Positions 8,406-17,435 of a stretch of DNA of 24,503 nucleotides are shown here, piece after piece. A model generated the notes under the pieces. The model was not told where the DNA came from. It saw only the letters and a list, made by a program, of their open reading frames with translations, and did not search any database. Each line of letters opens with the position of its first letter. Position 1 is the stretch's first letter. The position numbers and the translations under genes are program-made. The DNA lies in assembly GCA_048886685.1 (NCBI GenBank), contig JBHLKM010000030.1:1-24503 (forward strand), in the 5' to 3' direction. Source of the DNA: Candidatus Hodarchaeota archaeon. Lineage in GTDB: Archaea; Asgardarchaeota; Lokiarchaeia; Sigyniarchaeales; SOKP01.

Positions 8406-10241
8406 TTAAAACCAAAAGAAAAAACTGCCAAATTTAATAAAAGACAAAATGAAATTACCTGCAATTATAAATAAGGTAATGATTCTTAGTGAATTCAGAA
8501 TTAAATTCTTTGTTTTTCTCTTCTCATCATAATAATATTCATAAGAAATTTCGATAACTGCATCTTCTGTTAAGTTTGTTTCTTCAGGAAGGTTCAACAC
8601 AACAGTATCCTTAAAACCATCCCCTATTTTATCAATAATTTCAAATTTTTCTTCGGAAAGTTTGATAGTACTAGGTTCAATAGATCGCCATCGATCTTTC
8701 ATTATAATATTAATAGAGTCTATTTTATTTACTCGATATTCTGAAAGTTCATAATTATTATCTGCTTTTTTGAAGTAAAATTTTTCTTTCTTTTTCTTTA
8801 ATGATTTGTAATTTTCCCCGATACCCCAATTAATTAATTCTTTAACCATCCTATCCCCATCAAATACAGGTAAAGGTAGCATATTAAATAAGGTAATACT
8901 AAACGCTATCATAAAAAGCCAAAGAAATTCTCTTAACCAAAACTCTGGCCAAAAACTAGTCAAGAATTTAGCGATTCCATTTCTATACATAAAATATGAA
9001 TTACTATATATTCCGACTAATACACCATCGATTCTTAGATCTAAAGTAAAGTTGGTTGAAATTGTACTAAAATTTATCTGATTTAATATAATGTTATTTT
9101 TAAAGGATGAGACATACACCTTCTCTAGCGTATCGCCTTTCGAAATATTAATAGGAATGCCATTTATTTCTTCTATAATTAATCCAACTGATAAATTTTT
9201 GTCAAAGTTATTCCCGCCTTCAATCTCAGAAATAATCTCATTTATTTTCAAACCCAGACCATCAGAAGTATATTCGTATCTAAGACCGATGTAATAGCGT
9301 GGTCCTAAAGTAATATTTTTTTCTAAAAATGCGTCTGAAGAAGGATTGTATATTTTAAGAGTTAGATTATCACCTATTGAACATTTTAATGCCGTTTTAT
9401 TATTTAAAATGCTATTTAAGGAGATACCTCTTAATTCATCAAGATATACAGAACTAATCTCAGGTTCATCTTCCTTTCTAATAGCGATGATAACATCACC
9501 ATTTGAGATGTTTCCATAGTTGTATCCTCCTTCTTCTTCTTTTAAAGCAGTATGGACTTGTGTTACTTGACGATAAAAAGGCGCTGTCATTAAAGGAAAA
9601 ACCAATAACAATATAAAAGCGATCACTGCCGTTATTCCATTGACATATGTTCCTGCTGCTGCGATTCTAAACCTAGTATACCTGTTAACTTTATTTGAAT
9701 TTACAATTCTCTCATCAACTTCAACAAAAGCACCAAACCCAATGATATAAAAAAAACCAGCTCCTAGAACTCCTGTAGATTTAATATCTAATCCATCTGT
9801 ACTTGCTGCAATTCCATGAGCAAACTCATGGGTAGTAACGATGAATAACAGCGGTAGAATTAAGTAAAAGAATAAGGGGAGATCAATTGTTACACCAGGA
9901 ATAAGAGGTAATACTGCTTGTTCTGGGCTTGGTCTCACAATGAGGTTAATAAAATTTGTAAAAAAGAAATAAAAAGCAAAAATGACAAATCCAAATGAGA
10001 TAAAAATTCCTATAGTCCAAAATATTCTCCAAAATTTAGGCGCTTTTCTGGAAATTTTTCTTATAAAGTTATTCAATCTTTTTGTTTTAAACATTGCTAA
10101 CAAAGGGAAGAATAGATAAGTAGCACCTTCTTTTTTTCTTAATAAAAAGACTAATAGTAAGACTATTGCCCAAAAGATTAAAGATAAAAGAAACCAAGGA
10201 TTGAGAAAAAAATCATATAAAGGTGTATTTAAAACAGGCAT
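8406..10241 (-). CDS. Site-2 protease (M50 intramembrane Zn metalloprotease) with PDZ-like inserts
   Basis: HEFAH within a TM helix, GAFVE, RIAAAG..N and NMLPLPVFDG. Several TM segments, plus two GDVIIAI/GLIIEEING PDZ-like repeats. Confidence 0.92.
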   Translation of the reverse strand: MPVLNTPLYDFFLNPWFLLSLIFWAIVLLLVFLLRKKEGATYLFFPLLAMFKTKRLNNFIRKISRKAPKFWRIFWTIGIFISFGFVIFAFYFFFTNFINLIVRPSPEQAVLPLIPGVTIDLPLFFYLILPLLFIVTTHEFAHGIAASTDGLDIKSTGVLGAGFFYIIGFGAFVEVDERIVNSNKVNRYTRFRIAAAGTYVNGITAVIAFILLLVFPLMTAPFYRQVTQVHTALKEEEGGYNYGNISNGDVIIAIRKEDEPEISSVYLDELRGISLNSILNNKTALKCSIGDNLTLKIYNPSSDAFLEKNITLGPRYYIGLRYEYTSDGLGLKINEIISEIEGGNNFDKNLSVGLIIEEINGIPINISKGDTLEKVYVSSFKNNIILNQINFSTISTNFTLDLRIDGVLVGIYSNSYFMYRNGIAKFLTSFWPEFWLREFLWLFMIAFSITLFNMLPLPVFDGDRMVKELINWGIGENYKSLKKKKEKFYFKKADNNYELSEYRVNKIDSINIIMKDRWRSIEPSTIKLSEEKFEIIDKIGDGFKDTVVLNLPEETNLTEDAVIEISYEYYYDEKRKTKNLILNSLRIITLFIIAGNFILSFIKFGSFFFWF

Positions 10242-10442
10242 GTAAGTCTAATTATCTTAGTAGATATTTTATTATGTAATTAAATCTGAAAGTTAAACTT
10301 TTTCTATATGAAAGTTAATATAAAATGAATATTAGTTCAGAAAACATAACTAAAAGTTAGGACATGTTAAAAGTAAAACATTTAATTATAGGATTTATAT
10401 TGTAATATATATAACAACAATATATCAGTACAATTTATTCAA

Positions 10443-10546
10443 AGCGGGGTGGGCTAGCCTGGTTTATGCCGCAGGGCTCATAAATGGTACATCCACTCCT
10501 TAGAGAAACCCTGAGATCGTTCGTTCAAATCGAACCCCCGCTACCA
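10443..10546 (+). tRNA. Initiator tRNA-Met(CAT) with a 25-nt intron at 37/38 (10483-10507) and encoded CCA
   Basis: Acceptor stem AGCGGGG/CCCCGCT (A1-U72), anticodon stem CAGGG/CCCTG with three G-C pairs, CAT at 10479-10481, T-arm GTTCG-TTCAAAT-CGAAC, and 3' ACCA. Confidence 0.93.
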
Positions 10547-10673
10547 TTACTACGAATATTGTTTTTGGATAAATATCAGGGAAAAAGGACGAGTCAACTA
10601 TTATTCCTTTAATAGGTATATCTAAATTAAATGAATTTGATTAGAAGATATCAAAAATATTTATTGAATCATA

Positions 10674-11381
10674 ATGACTGAAAGAACTAGTTATAAAAGA
10701 AATCCGGCAATACATTGTTGGATTAAACATATTGAAGATGGTAAGTATGACGAAAATGAGAATAGTGTTCTCACCATCTTTGGAAAAGCTAAGAGAGTCA
10801 GATTAATCGCTACTATAATAGAAATGAATGAGAAATTAATAGAATCTGATGAATTCGAACCTGAATTAGAAGATGAGTCAAAGGCAAATGTGAGATTAAT
10901 ATTTAGTTTGGATGATAGTACTGGTTTAATTAGAGCTTATAAAGATAATGTTAATCCTGAAAATTATAGAGGTTATAAAGTAGGAGATATTGTTGATCTT
11001 GTTGGACGTGTTAGCAAAAAAGGGGGATATATGTCGTTTTGGATAGAAATTATCAAGAAAGTGGAGGAACCCAATTTAGTTTTATTACGAAATGCTGAAA
11101 TATTACATCGTATAAAATCAGGGGATACGCAGGAAATTCCAGTTCTTTCTGATGTTAATCATTTATTTGAGGATAATTTTAATAATGTTGAAGGAGATGA
11201 CTTGAAAGAGAAGGTATACTCCGTAATTGAATCTTATTCTGCAATTGGAAAAGGAATAGATTTTATAAAATTAAAGAAAGAAATGAAAATGCCGGATATT
11301 GAATTAAGATCTTATATTAATGATTTAATTTTAGAATCACGAATCTATGAATCAGATAGAGATATTTTTGAATCGTATTAA
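10674..11381 (+). CDS. RPA32/RPA2-like ssDNA-binding subunit (OB fold plus C-terminal winged helix)
   Basis: RVRLIATI, LDDSTGLI, GDIVDLVGRV and EIIKKV form the OB fold. An acidic linker leads to a wH-like tail (GIDF..L.....ELR..INDL...RIYE). Confidence 0.75.
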   Translation: MTERTSYKRNPAIHCWIKHIEDGKYDENENSVLTIFGKAKRVRLIATIIEMNEKLIESDEFEPELEDESKANVRLIFSLDDSTGLIRAYKDNVNPENYRGYKVGDIVDLVGRVSKKGGYMSFWIEIIKKVEEPNLVLLRNAEILHRIKSGDTQEIPVLSDVNHLFEDNFNNVEGDDLKEKVYSVIESYSAIGKGIDFIKLKKEMKMPDIELRSYINDLILESRIYESDRDIFESY

Positions 11382-11479
11382 TATCTCTTAAAATTAAGAA
11401 CTTTATTAAACATAAAGGAAAATTATTTTTCTTAGGATTTATTAAATTATTATATAACAATTAAAAAGATGATTTAATA

Positions 11480-11893
11480 ATGGATTTAAATGACTATGAG
11501 GATTTATTAGAAAAAGCATATGAGAAAATACCAGAAAATGTAAAAAAATCCTCAAGATTCGAAACTCCTAAAGTGGAAATTAGAATTGAAAGTCGAAATA
11601 CATTTATTACAAATTTCAATAAAATAATTAGTACTCTTAATCGGGATAGAAGACATTTTTTAGGTATTTTCCTAAAAAGTGCAGGAACAATGGGAGAAGT
11701 AAGAGGACAACAATTGTTTTTAAAAGGTCAATATAAGGAACAAGTTTTAAACAAGTTAATAGAAAATTATACGAAAACATATGTATTGTGTAAGATATGT
11801 AATAAACCAGACACCCGAATTCAAAGAGAAGGCAAAAAACTTTATTTAAAATGTACTGCCTGCGGAGCTAGGGAGGAAATTAAAGAAAAATAA
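11480..11893 (+). CDS. eif2b: Translation initiation factor 2 beta subunit (aIF2beta)
   Basis: YEDLL.KAYE.IP, RFE.P, T.I.NF..I...LNR and YVLCKICNKPDT....LKCTACGA. Confidence 0.95.
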   Translation: MDLNDYEDLLEKAYEKIPENVKKSSRFETPKVEIRIESRNTFITNFNKIISTLNRDRRHFLGIFLKSAGTMGEVRGQQLFLKGQYKEQVLNKLIENYTKTYVLCKICNKPDTRIQREGKKLYLKCTACGAREEIKEK

Positions 11894-11915
11894 AAATTTA
11901 TAAAACAAAAAATTC

Positions 11916-12212
11916 ATGAATGTATATCTTAAGATTCACATTAGGGATGAATGTGAAACAATAGCATGCTGTGATGAAGAACTTCTTAATCAAGTCTTCA
12001 TTGAGGGCAATTTGAAAATCGAGATATCTGATCGATTTTTTGGGGGAAATTTGATTAATATAGAAGATGCTATCAATATTTTGAAACAGGCTTCTTTTTT
12101 CAATATTGTAGGAGAAAAAATAATTGAGAAAGCAATTGAGTGTAAATTATTACCGCGAGAAGGAGTTAGGTTTATAAATGGGGTACCAATGGCTATAAAG
12201 ATGATGTTTTAA
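11916..12212 (+). CDS. DUF424 family protein
   Basis: IACCDEELL, FFGG, NIVG and INGVP motifs. Usual position after aIF2beta. Confidence 0.88.
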   Translation: MNVYLKIHIRDECETIACCDEELLNQVFIEGNLKIEISDRFFGGNLINIEDAINILKQASFFNIVGEKIIEKAIECKLLPREGVRFINGVPMAIKMMF

Positions 12213-13123
12213 TGCCAAATCGATTTTGTGCGATATGTGGAAAAAGTTTAAATGAAGATTCACCTCATTTTGGAATGTGTCTTGAGTGCTATTTGAAAGA
12301 GAATCCATTATTCGAATTACCTAAAACCCTCCCCGTAAATATTTGTATTGATTGTGGCAGTTATTCGAAGAAAGATGTTTGGATTGAACCTATTAATGAT
12401 GATCTACCTTCTGTGCTTCATGAAATCATTCAGAAATTTTTATTAAAATCACTTCTAAAAAATAAGCAAGTTGAGATTTTGTTTTCAACAAACGAGGATA
12501 CGATTGTTTATTCTTCAACGGGTTTAATAAAATCTGTCATAGTTCTGGTGATGGGAAGATTGAAGGAATCAGCAAAAATTCATCATCAACAAGAAGTTAA
12601 ATTAATTTTAAATCACATGCTATGTAAGAATTGTTCTAATTTACGGGGTGGTACTTTCTTTATATCAATTGTTCAATTACGAGTTAAAGATCAGAGCCAA
12701 TTAGAGTTAATTGAGAAAGTTTTAGTCGAGATAGATAAATATGTTGTTAATATTTTTGATAAAGACCATCGACATTATATTTCAAAAATAGAAGATCAAA
12801 AATATGGGGTAGATTTGTATCTAAGTACAAACGAGTTAATGAACCATATAATAAAATTTCTAAAATCAAAATATCATTTTTTATTAAAAAGATCAAAAAA
12901 GTTAGTGGGAAGGGATAATCAGAAGGGTAAGAACATATATCGATTAAAAGCTTTGATAAAATTTTTACCTATAGCCCAAAATGATACGATACTAATAGAT
13001 AATCAAGATTTTATAGTAGAAAATATTACAAGAAACAAAATCATACTTAAAGGTAAAAATAATATTAAATTGATTAAAGATTATTCCTACTTTTTTAATG
13101 AGAATATAGCTAAAAAAAAATAA
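12212..13123 (+). CDS. NMD3-like large-subunit biogenesis protein
   Basis: FCAICG..CLEC, CIDCG, CKNCS...G.F..IVQLR, GVDLY.S and KLVGRD...GK..YR. Confidence 0.9.
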   Translation: MPNRFCAICGKSLNEDSPHFGMCLECYLKENPLFELPKTLPVNICIDCGSYSKKDVWIEPINDDLPSVLHEIIQKFLLKSLLKNKQVEILFSTNEDTIVYSSTGLIKSVIVLVMGRLKESAKIHHQQEVKLILNHMLCKNCSNLRGGTFFISIVQLRVKDQSQLELIEKVLVEIDKYVVNIFDKDHRHYISKIEDQKYGVDLYLSTNELMNHIIKFLKSKYHFLLKRSKKLVGRDNQKGKNIYRLKALIKFLPIAQNDTILIDNQDFIVENITRNKIILKGKNNIKLIKDYSYFFNENIAKKK

Positions 13124-13136
13124 AGAGGAACACTTA

Positions 13137-13988
13137 TTGGAAGATAAAGAAGATGAGATTGAAGAGGACGAGGAAGAATTCCTAGAGAATGAATCAGAAA
13201 AAAAGTTTAATATTGGTATTGACGAGTTAGAAAAAATAAAAATTGATTATAAAAGAATTAAAAAAATAGATCAATCAAAAAAGAGAGCCGCCATTGAATC
13301 TGTTTTTGATGAAAGAACTGTTTTTAATTTAAATAAAATATTAGTAAATGGGCCATTAAAAGGAATAGAAGGCATTATTTCGGCTGGTAAAGAGGCTAAT
13401 GTTTATTTAGCGTATGATTTAGATGGAAAAGAAGTTGCAGTTAAGATTTATAAAATTGATAGCAATACTTCAAAATGGATGAGAAATTATATCATTGGAG
13501 ATCCAAGATTTAAAAAAGTTCCTCAAAATGTTTCAAAAATTATCTTCCTTTGGGCAAGTAAAGAATTTAAAAACCTAAAGAGAGCGTATAAAGCAGATTT
13601 GTGTGTTCCTGAACCTTTATTTATTAAAAATAATATTTTAATAATGGAATATATTGGTTTTGAATCTATACCAGCTCCAGTTTTGAAAGATATAAAAAAA
13701 CCAAAAGAACCAATAAAACTTTTTAATGAAATTTTAAGTTTCATTAAATTGTTATACCAAAAGGCTAAATTAGTACACGGCGATCTAAGTGAATTTAATA
13801 TATTATACCATAACCAAAGTCCTGTTGTCATAGACATTTCTCAAGCTGTATCTATCCAACACCCTAAAGCTGAGGTTTATTTAGCAAGAGATATTAAAAA
13901 TATTTTCCAATACTTTGAAAAATTAGGCATAGAGACTCCAGATCCATCTGATTTTTATTATGATGTACTCAATATGGAGGTTTATTAA
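13137..13988 (+). CDS. rio1: RIO1 atypical Ser/Thr kinase
   Basis: VFDERT, ISAGKEANVY, AVKIY, YIIGDPRF, WA.KEF.NL, LVHGDLSEFNIL and IDISQAV. TTG start and acidic N-terminus. Confidence 0.95.
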   Translation: MEDKEDEIEEDEEEFLENESEKKFNIGIDELEKIKIDYKRIKKIDQSKKRAAIESVFDERTVFNLNKILVNGPLKGIEGIISAGKEANVYLAYDLDGKEVAVKIYKIDSNTSKWMRNYIIGDPRFKKVPQNVSKIIFLWASKEFKNLKRAYKADLCVPEPLFIKNNILIMEYIGFESIPAPVLKDIKKPKEPIKLFNEILSFIKLLYQKAKLVHGDLSEFNILYHNQSPVVIDISQAVSIQHPKAEVYLARDIKNIFQYFEKLGIETPDPSDFYYDVLNMEVY

Positions 13989-14023
13989 TTTTTAATCTTT
14001 ACTAAATGATATAACGAATTATA

Positions 14024-14590
14024 GTGGATAAATTGAAAATAGGAAAAAATCGGATAGCGGTTTTAATAGGAACGGATGGTAAAATTAAGAAAGAGATTGA
14101 AGAAAAACTTGGTGTCAAAATCAATTTAGATAGCAAAACAGGAGACTGTGAAGTTTTGCCAAAATTAGACGCGCCAAACTACAAGCCGCTTAATGTTTAC
14201 ACTGCCCAAAAAATAGTAAATGCGATTAATAGAGGATTTAATCCTATAAAAGCCATGAAATTACTCGAAGAAGATTATGACCTCGAAGTGTTTAATCTCT
14301 TTTCAATTTTAGGAAAATCAGAGAAACATATAAAAAGGGTTAAAGGGCGAATAATTGGGAGAAATGGAGAAATGAGAAAAGCTCTTGAAAGGTTTACAGA
14401 ATGCTTTGTCTCTGTTTATGGGAAGACCGTGTCTGTGATAGCTGTTTATGAAAATTTGCAAATTGCCAGAAAAGCAATAAGTATGTTAATAAAAGGAATG
14501 CCTCACCATGTAGTTTTGAAATTTTTAGAGAATAAATATAACGACAAGAAAAAAGAGGAATTCAGACAAATATACAAACCAGAATTCTAA
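14024..14590 (+). CDS. KH-domain rRNA-processing protein (Dim2/Pno1/Krr1 family)
   Basis: RIAVLIG.DG, AI.RGF.P..A, R.KGRIIG..G, VYGKTV and G.PH..V. GTG start. Confidence 0.92.
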   Translation: MDKLKIGKNRIAVLIGTDGKIKKEIEEKLGVKINLDSKTGDCEVLPKLDAPNYKPLNVYTAQKIVNAINRGFNPIKAMKLLEEDYDLEVFNLFSILGKSEKHIKRVKGRIIGRNGEMRKALERFTECFVSVYGKTVSVIAVYENLQIARKAISMLIKGMPHHVVLKFLENKYNDKKKEEFRQIYKPEF

Positions 14591-14593
14591 TTT

Positions 14594-14962
14594 TTAATCT
14601 GAGAATGTTTCGTTATAAATTTGCATAGCCTTATTTCCCAAATCTTTTCCATAAATTACAGCTTTTAATTCCTTTAATAGATCAGTCTTGTTTTTTATAC
14701 TTTCAACCAAATATATTTCGTGGTATTCTTCCTTCTTGTAATCTTGGAGATATATGTCATAACTTTTAACAGAAAATTGATTAGTTTCATAGGATTTAAA
14801 AATAACAATACAACGAGGATAGATGTTTTTTTCTTCTAAAAAAATCGCCCATCCATCATGGTAAAATTCAAGCTTAATATTAAACAGATCTTTCCATTGT
14901 TGAGTTTTTCTTAGAATTCCTTCAATTTCTTTTCGGATTTCTGGAGAGAACTTTTTAATCAT
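14594..14962 (-). CDS. Hypothetical protein (122 aa)
   Basis: ATG-initiated ORF directly downstream of ftsZ on the same strand, with protein-like composition and no recognised motif. Confidence 0.7.
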   Translation of the reverse strand: MIKKFSPEIRKEIEGILRKTQQWKDLFNIKLEFYHDGWAIFLEEKNIYPRCIVIFKSYETNQFSVKSYDIYLQDYKKEEYHEIYLVESIKNKTDLLKELKAVIYGKDLGNKAMQIYNETFSD

Positions 14963-14994
14963 ACTTATTAGTTTAAAAAGAAATATAAAAAGAA

Positions 14995-16101
14995 CTAGTC
15001 AAATGTAACTTCACCAATATTGAAAATATCATCAGACAAGCTTAGTTTTGAAGATTTTGTTTTGGTGGGATAAACTGACCTATTTATTGAATACCCACTT
15101 CCAAAAATTTGAGGAGATTTAATTCCCGTTATTAGCAACATAACTCTTATAAACCCATCAAATTCATCTGACACTCGAGCACCCCAGATCACCATTGAAT
15201 CATTTACGTCCATTTTTTCAGAAATCTTTTTAGCTACTGAATTTGCCTCGGCAAGTGTCATATCATTTCCCCCACATATGTGAATCAAGGCTCCTTTTGC
15301 TCCTTCAATACTCACATCTAATAAAGGAGTATTTAAAGCATCATCAATTGCATCCTCAACCCGACCTTCTTTCTTGTTTGATTCTCCAACACCAACAATC
15401 GCAACTCCACCTGTACTTAAAATAGTTCTTACATCAGCAAAATCTAGATTGATTAAGGATGGTAATGATATTGTTTCTGTGATTCCCTTAACCATTGTTG
15501 CTAAAACTTCATCTGCAACACTAAATGCTTCGATTATTGGTAAATTTGGAGCTATTTCTAATAATCGATTATTATCGATTACTACCAAGGTATCAACATA
15601 CCGTTTTAATAGATTTAAACCTATTTTAGCCTTGTCTATACGACCTATTTCAGTTTCAAATGGTAGAGTTACTACTCCTACAACTATTGCCCCTTCAAGT
15701 TTGGCTATTTCAGCCACAATTGGTGCGCTTCCAGTTCCAGTACCTCCTCCTTCTCCACATGTAATAAAAACTAAATTGGATTCTCTCAAAACTCTGGTTA
15801 AATCTTCCCTTGATTCTTCAGCAGCAGCCCTCCCTACCTCTGGATTTCCTCCTGCACCTAAGCCCTTAGTTAAATTTTTACCAATTAATATTTTTACGTG
15901 AGATTCGACACTATCTAAATGTTGACAATCTGTATTAACAGCTACGCATGTGGCACCTCTTATTCCAATTTTCATTAGCCTATTAACAGTATTATTCCCT
16001 GCACCACCACATCCAACTATTTTAATATTTGCATAGCCAAAGCTTTCAATCTGAGGTCTGACTATTTCTCTTTTACGTGCTTTTTTAATAAAAGATTCCA
16101 T
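14995..16101 (-). CDS. ftsZ: Cell division GTPase FtsZ (FtsZ2-like)
   Basis: VGCGGAGNN, NTD, GLGAGG.P, GGGTGTG and NLDFADV. ETI..PSLINLD, LIHI.GG and VIWGAR resemble the archaeal FtsZ2 subfamily as recalled. Confidence 0.96.
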   Translation of the reverse strand: MESFIKKARKREIVRPQIESFGYANIKIVGCGGAGNNTVNRLMKIGIRGATCVAVNTDCQHLDSVESHVKILIGKNLTKGLGAGGNPEVGRAAAEESREDLTRVLRESNLVFITCGEGGGTGTGSAPIVAEIAKLEGAIVVGVVTLPFETEIGRIDKAKIGLNLLKRYVDTLVVIDNNRLLEIAPNLPIIEAFSVADEVLATMVKGITETISLPSLINLDFADVRTILSTGGVAIVGVGESNKKEGRVEDAIDDALNTPLLDVSIEGAKGALIHICGGNDMTLAEANSVAKKISEKMDVNDSMVIWGARVSDEFDGFIRVMLLITGIKSPQIFGSGYSINRSVYPTKTKSSKLSLSDDIFNIGEVTFD

Positions 16102-16201
16102 AATAAATCAAAAAACCTTTTTTTGCTACAAAAAAGATATAATAAAAAAATTAGAATTAATGTATTATTGTGGTATTACAATTTCTTTATCTGATCTCAG
16201 C

Positions 16202-17422
16202 TTAATTTAGAGAAAAGTCTTTATTCAAATTAGGATCGAATATTTTTTTAATCTTACTCCCTTCAATAAGAATAATTGTTGGTAAGGAGTAAGCAAACCG
16301 ATTTGAAAAAGTTAGACAATAAGCACCTGTGTTTGTTACAATAATTATATCTTCTTCCCTTAAATCTTGTGTAAAAAAGTAATCTTTTGCTAAAACATCT
16401 TGATCAGTAGGAACAATACCTGCAATTGAGGTTTTATATTTATGAGGTTTATCAATCTGAGTAGCATTATAAAATCTTAAAGAACAACGTGCGAATTTAG
16501 GGCAAATGTGGTTTCCGATATCAATAAAAATCCACCGATCTTCACTTACATTAACAATTTTTGATAAAAATAGACCAGAATCTCCTACAAAATATCTTCC
16601 AGGTTCAAAACTTATCCTTGGACATTTTAAATTAGATTTTTCAAAAGAGATCTTAATTGTTTCAGCAATTTCTTTTAATTGTTTTTGAGCCATAACTGTG
16701 GCCTCAGGAAATCCTCCTCCTAGGTTTATGTTTTCAAAGAAAATGTCATGTTTTATCAATAATTTTAAATTAGAGATTAAATTTTTAATATTTTTTTCAA
16801 ATTGTTCAATGTTGTTCATTTGGGTACTAAAATGTGATAAAATTGAAGATATTTTAATATTTTCATAGGTTTTTATCGATTTTTCTAGGAGTGCAACTTT
16901 ATTTTCATCAAATTTTATACCTAATTTACTTTCATATTTCTGGGAGTTCACTCTAATACATATATTTTGAACATGATTAAATTTTTGGGCTATTGTATTT
17001 ATTTTCTTTAATTCTTTTATATTGTAAATTATGATTTCTCTTACTTTGTTTTTAATGCTTAATTCAATAAGAGCTTCAGGTAAATAAGGACCACCAACAA
17101 TTATTTTATCTGGAGAAAATCCAATTTCTAATGCTAATTTAAGTTCCGGTAAACTAACTGCTTTTGCTCCAATACCTTCTGAACATATAATATTACAGAT
17201 TTGAGGTAAATAATTAGCTTTAAGCGAATAAAAACACTGAAAATTTTCAAATTCTTCTCTGAACGTGTTAACAAAGGAATTTATATTTTCTCTTATTCTT
17301 TTTTCTATAAAGATAAGTAAAGGAGTCTCATATTTTTCGAGTATTTTATTTAATGGCAATGAATCAATATGAACTTCTCGATTCTTTTTAATAATATAAG
17401 GATTACCTGAAATGTTATTCAT
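16202..17422 (-). CDS. Fold-type III PLP enzyme, diaminopimelate/ornithine decarboxylase family (divergent)
   Basis: Y.TP, YSLKAN (PLP Lys), SKLGI, INLGGGF, FEPGRYFV and GAY. Several active-site motifs are non-canonical. Confidence 0.85.
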   Translation of the reverse strand: MNNISGNPYIIKKNREVHIDSLPLNKILEKYETPLLIFIEKRIRENINSFVNTFREEFENFQCFYSLKANYLPQICNIICSEGIGAKAVSLPELKLALEIGFSPDKIIVGGPYLPEALIELSIKNKVREIIIYNIKELKKINTIAQKFNHVQNICIRVNSQKYESKLGIKFDENKVALLEKSIKTYENIKISSILSHFSTQMNNIEQFEKNIKNLISNLKLLIKHDIFFENINLGGGFPEATVMAQKQLKEIAETIKISFEKSNLKCPRISFEPGRYFVGDSGLFLSKIVNVSEDRWIFIDIGNHICPKFARCSLRFYNATQIDKPHKYKTSIAGIVPTDQDVLAKDYFFTQDLREEDIIIVTNTGAYCLTFSNRFAYSLPTIILIEGSKIKKIFDPNLNKDFSLN

Positions 17423-17435
17423 AATTTCATCAACT

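Noticed and set aside
2850-9294. Antisense ORFs 2850-3092, 4265-4501, 6008-6193, 6843-7337 and 9091-9294
   Set aside because: They are shadow frames fully inside well-supported genes on the opposite strand and have no motifs.
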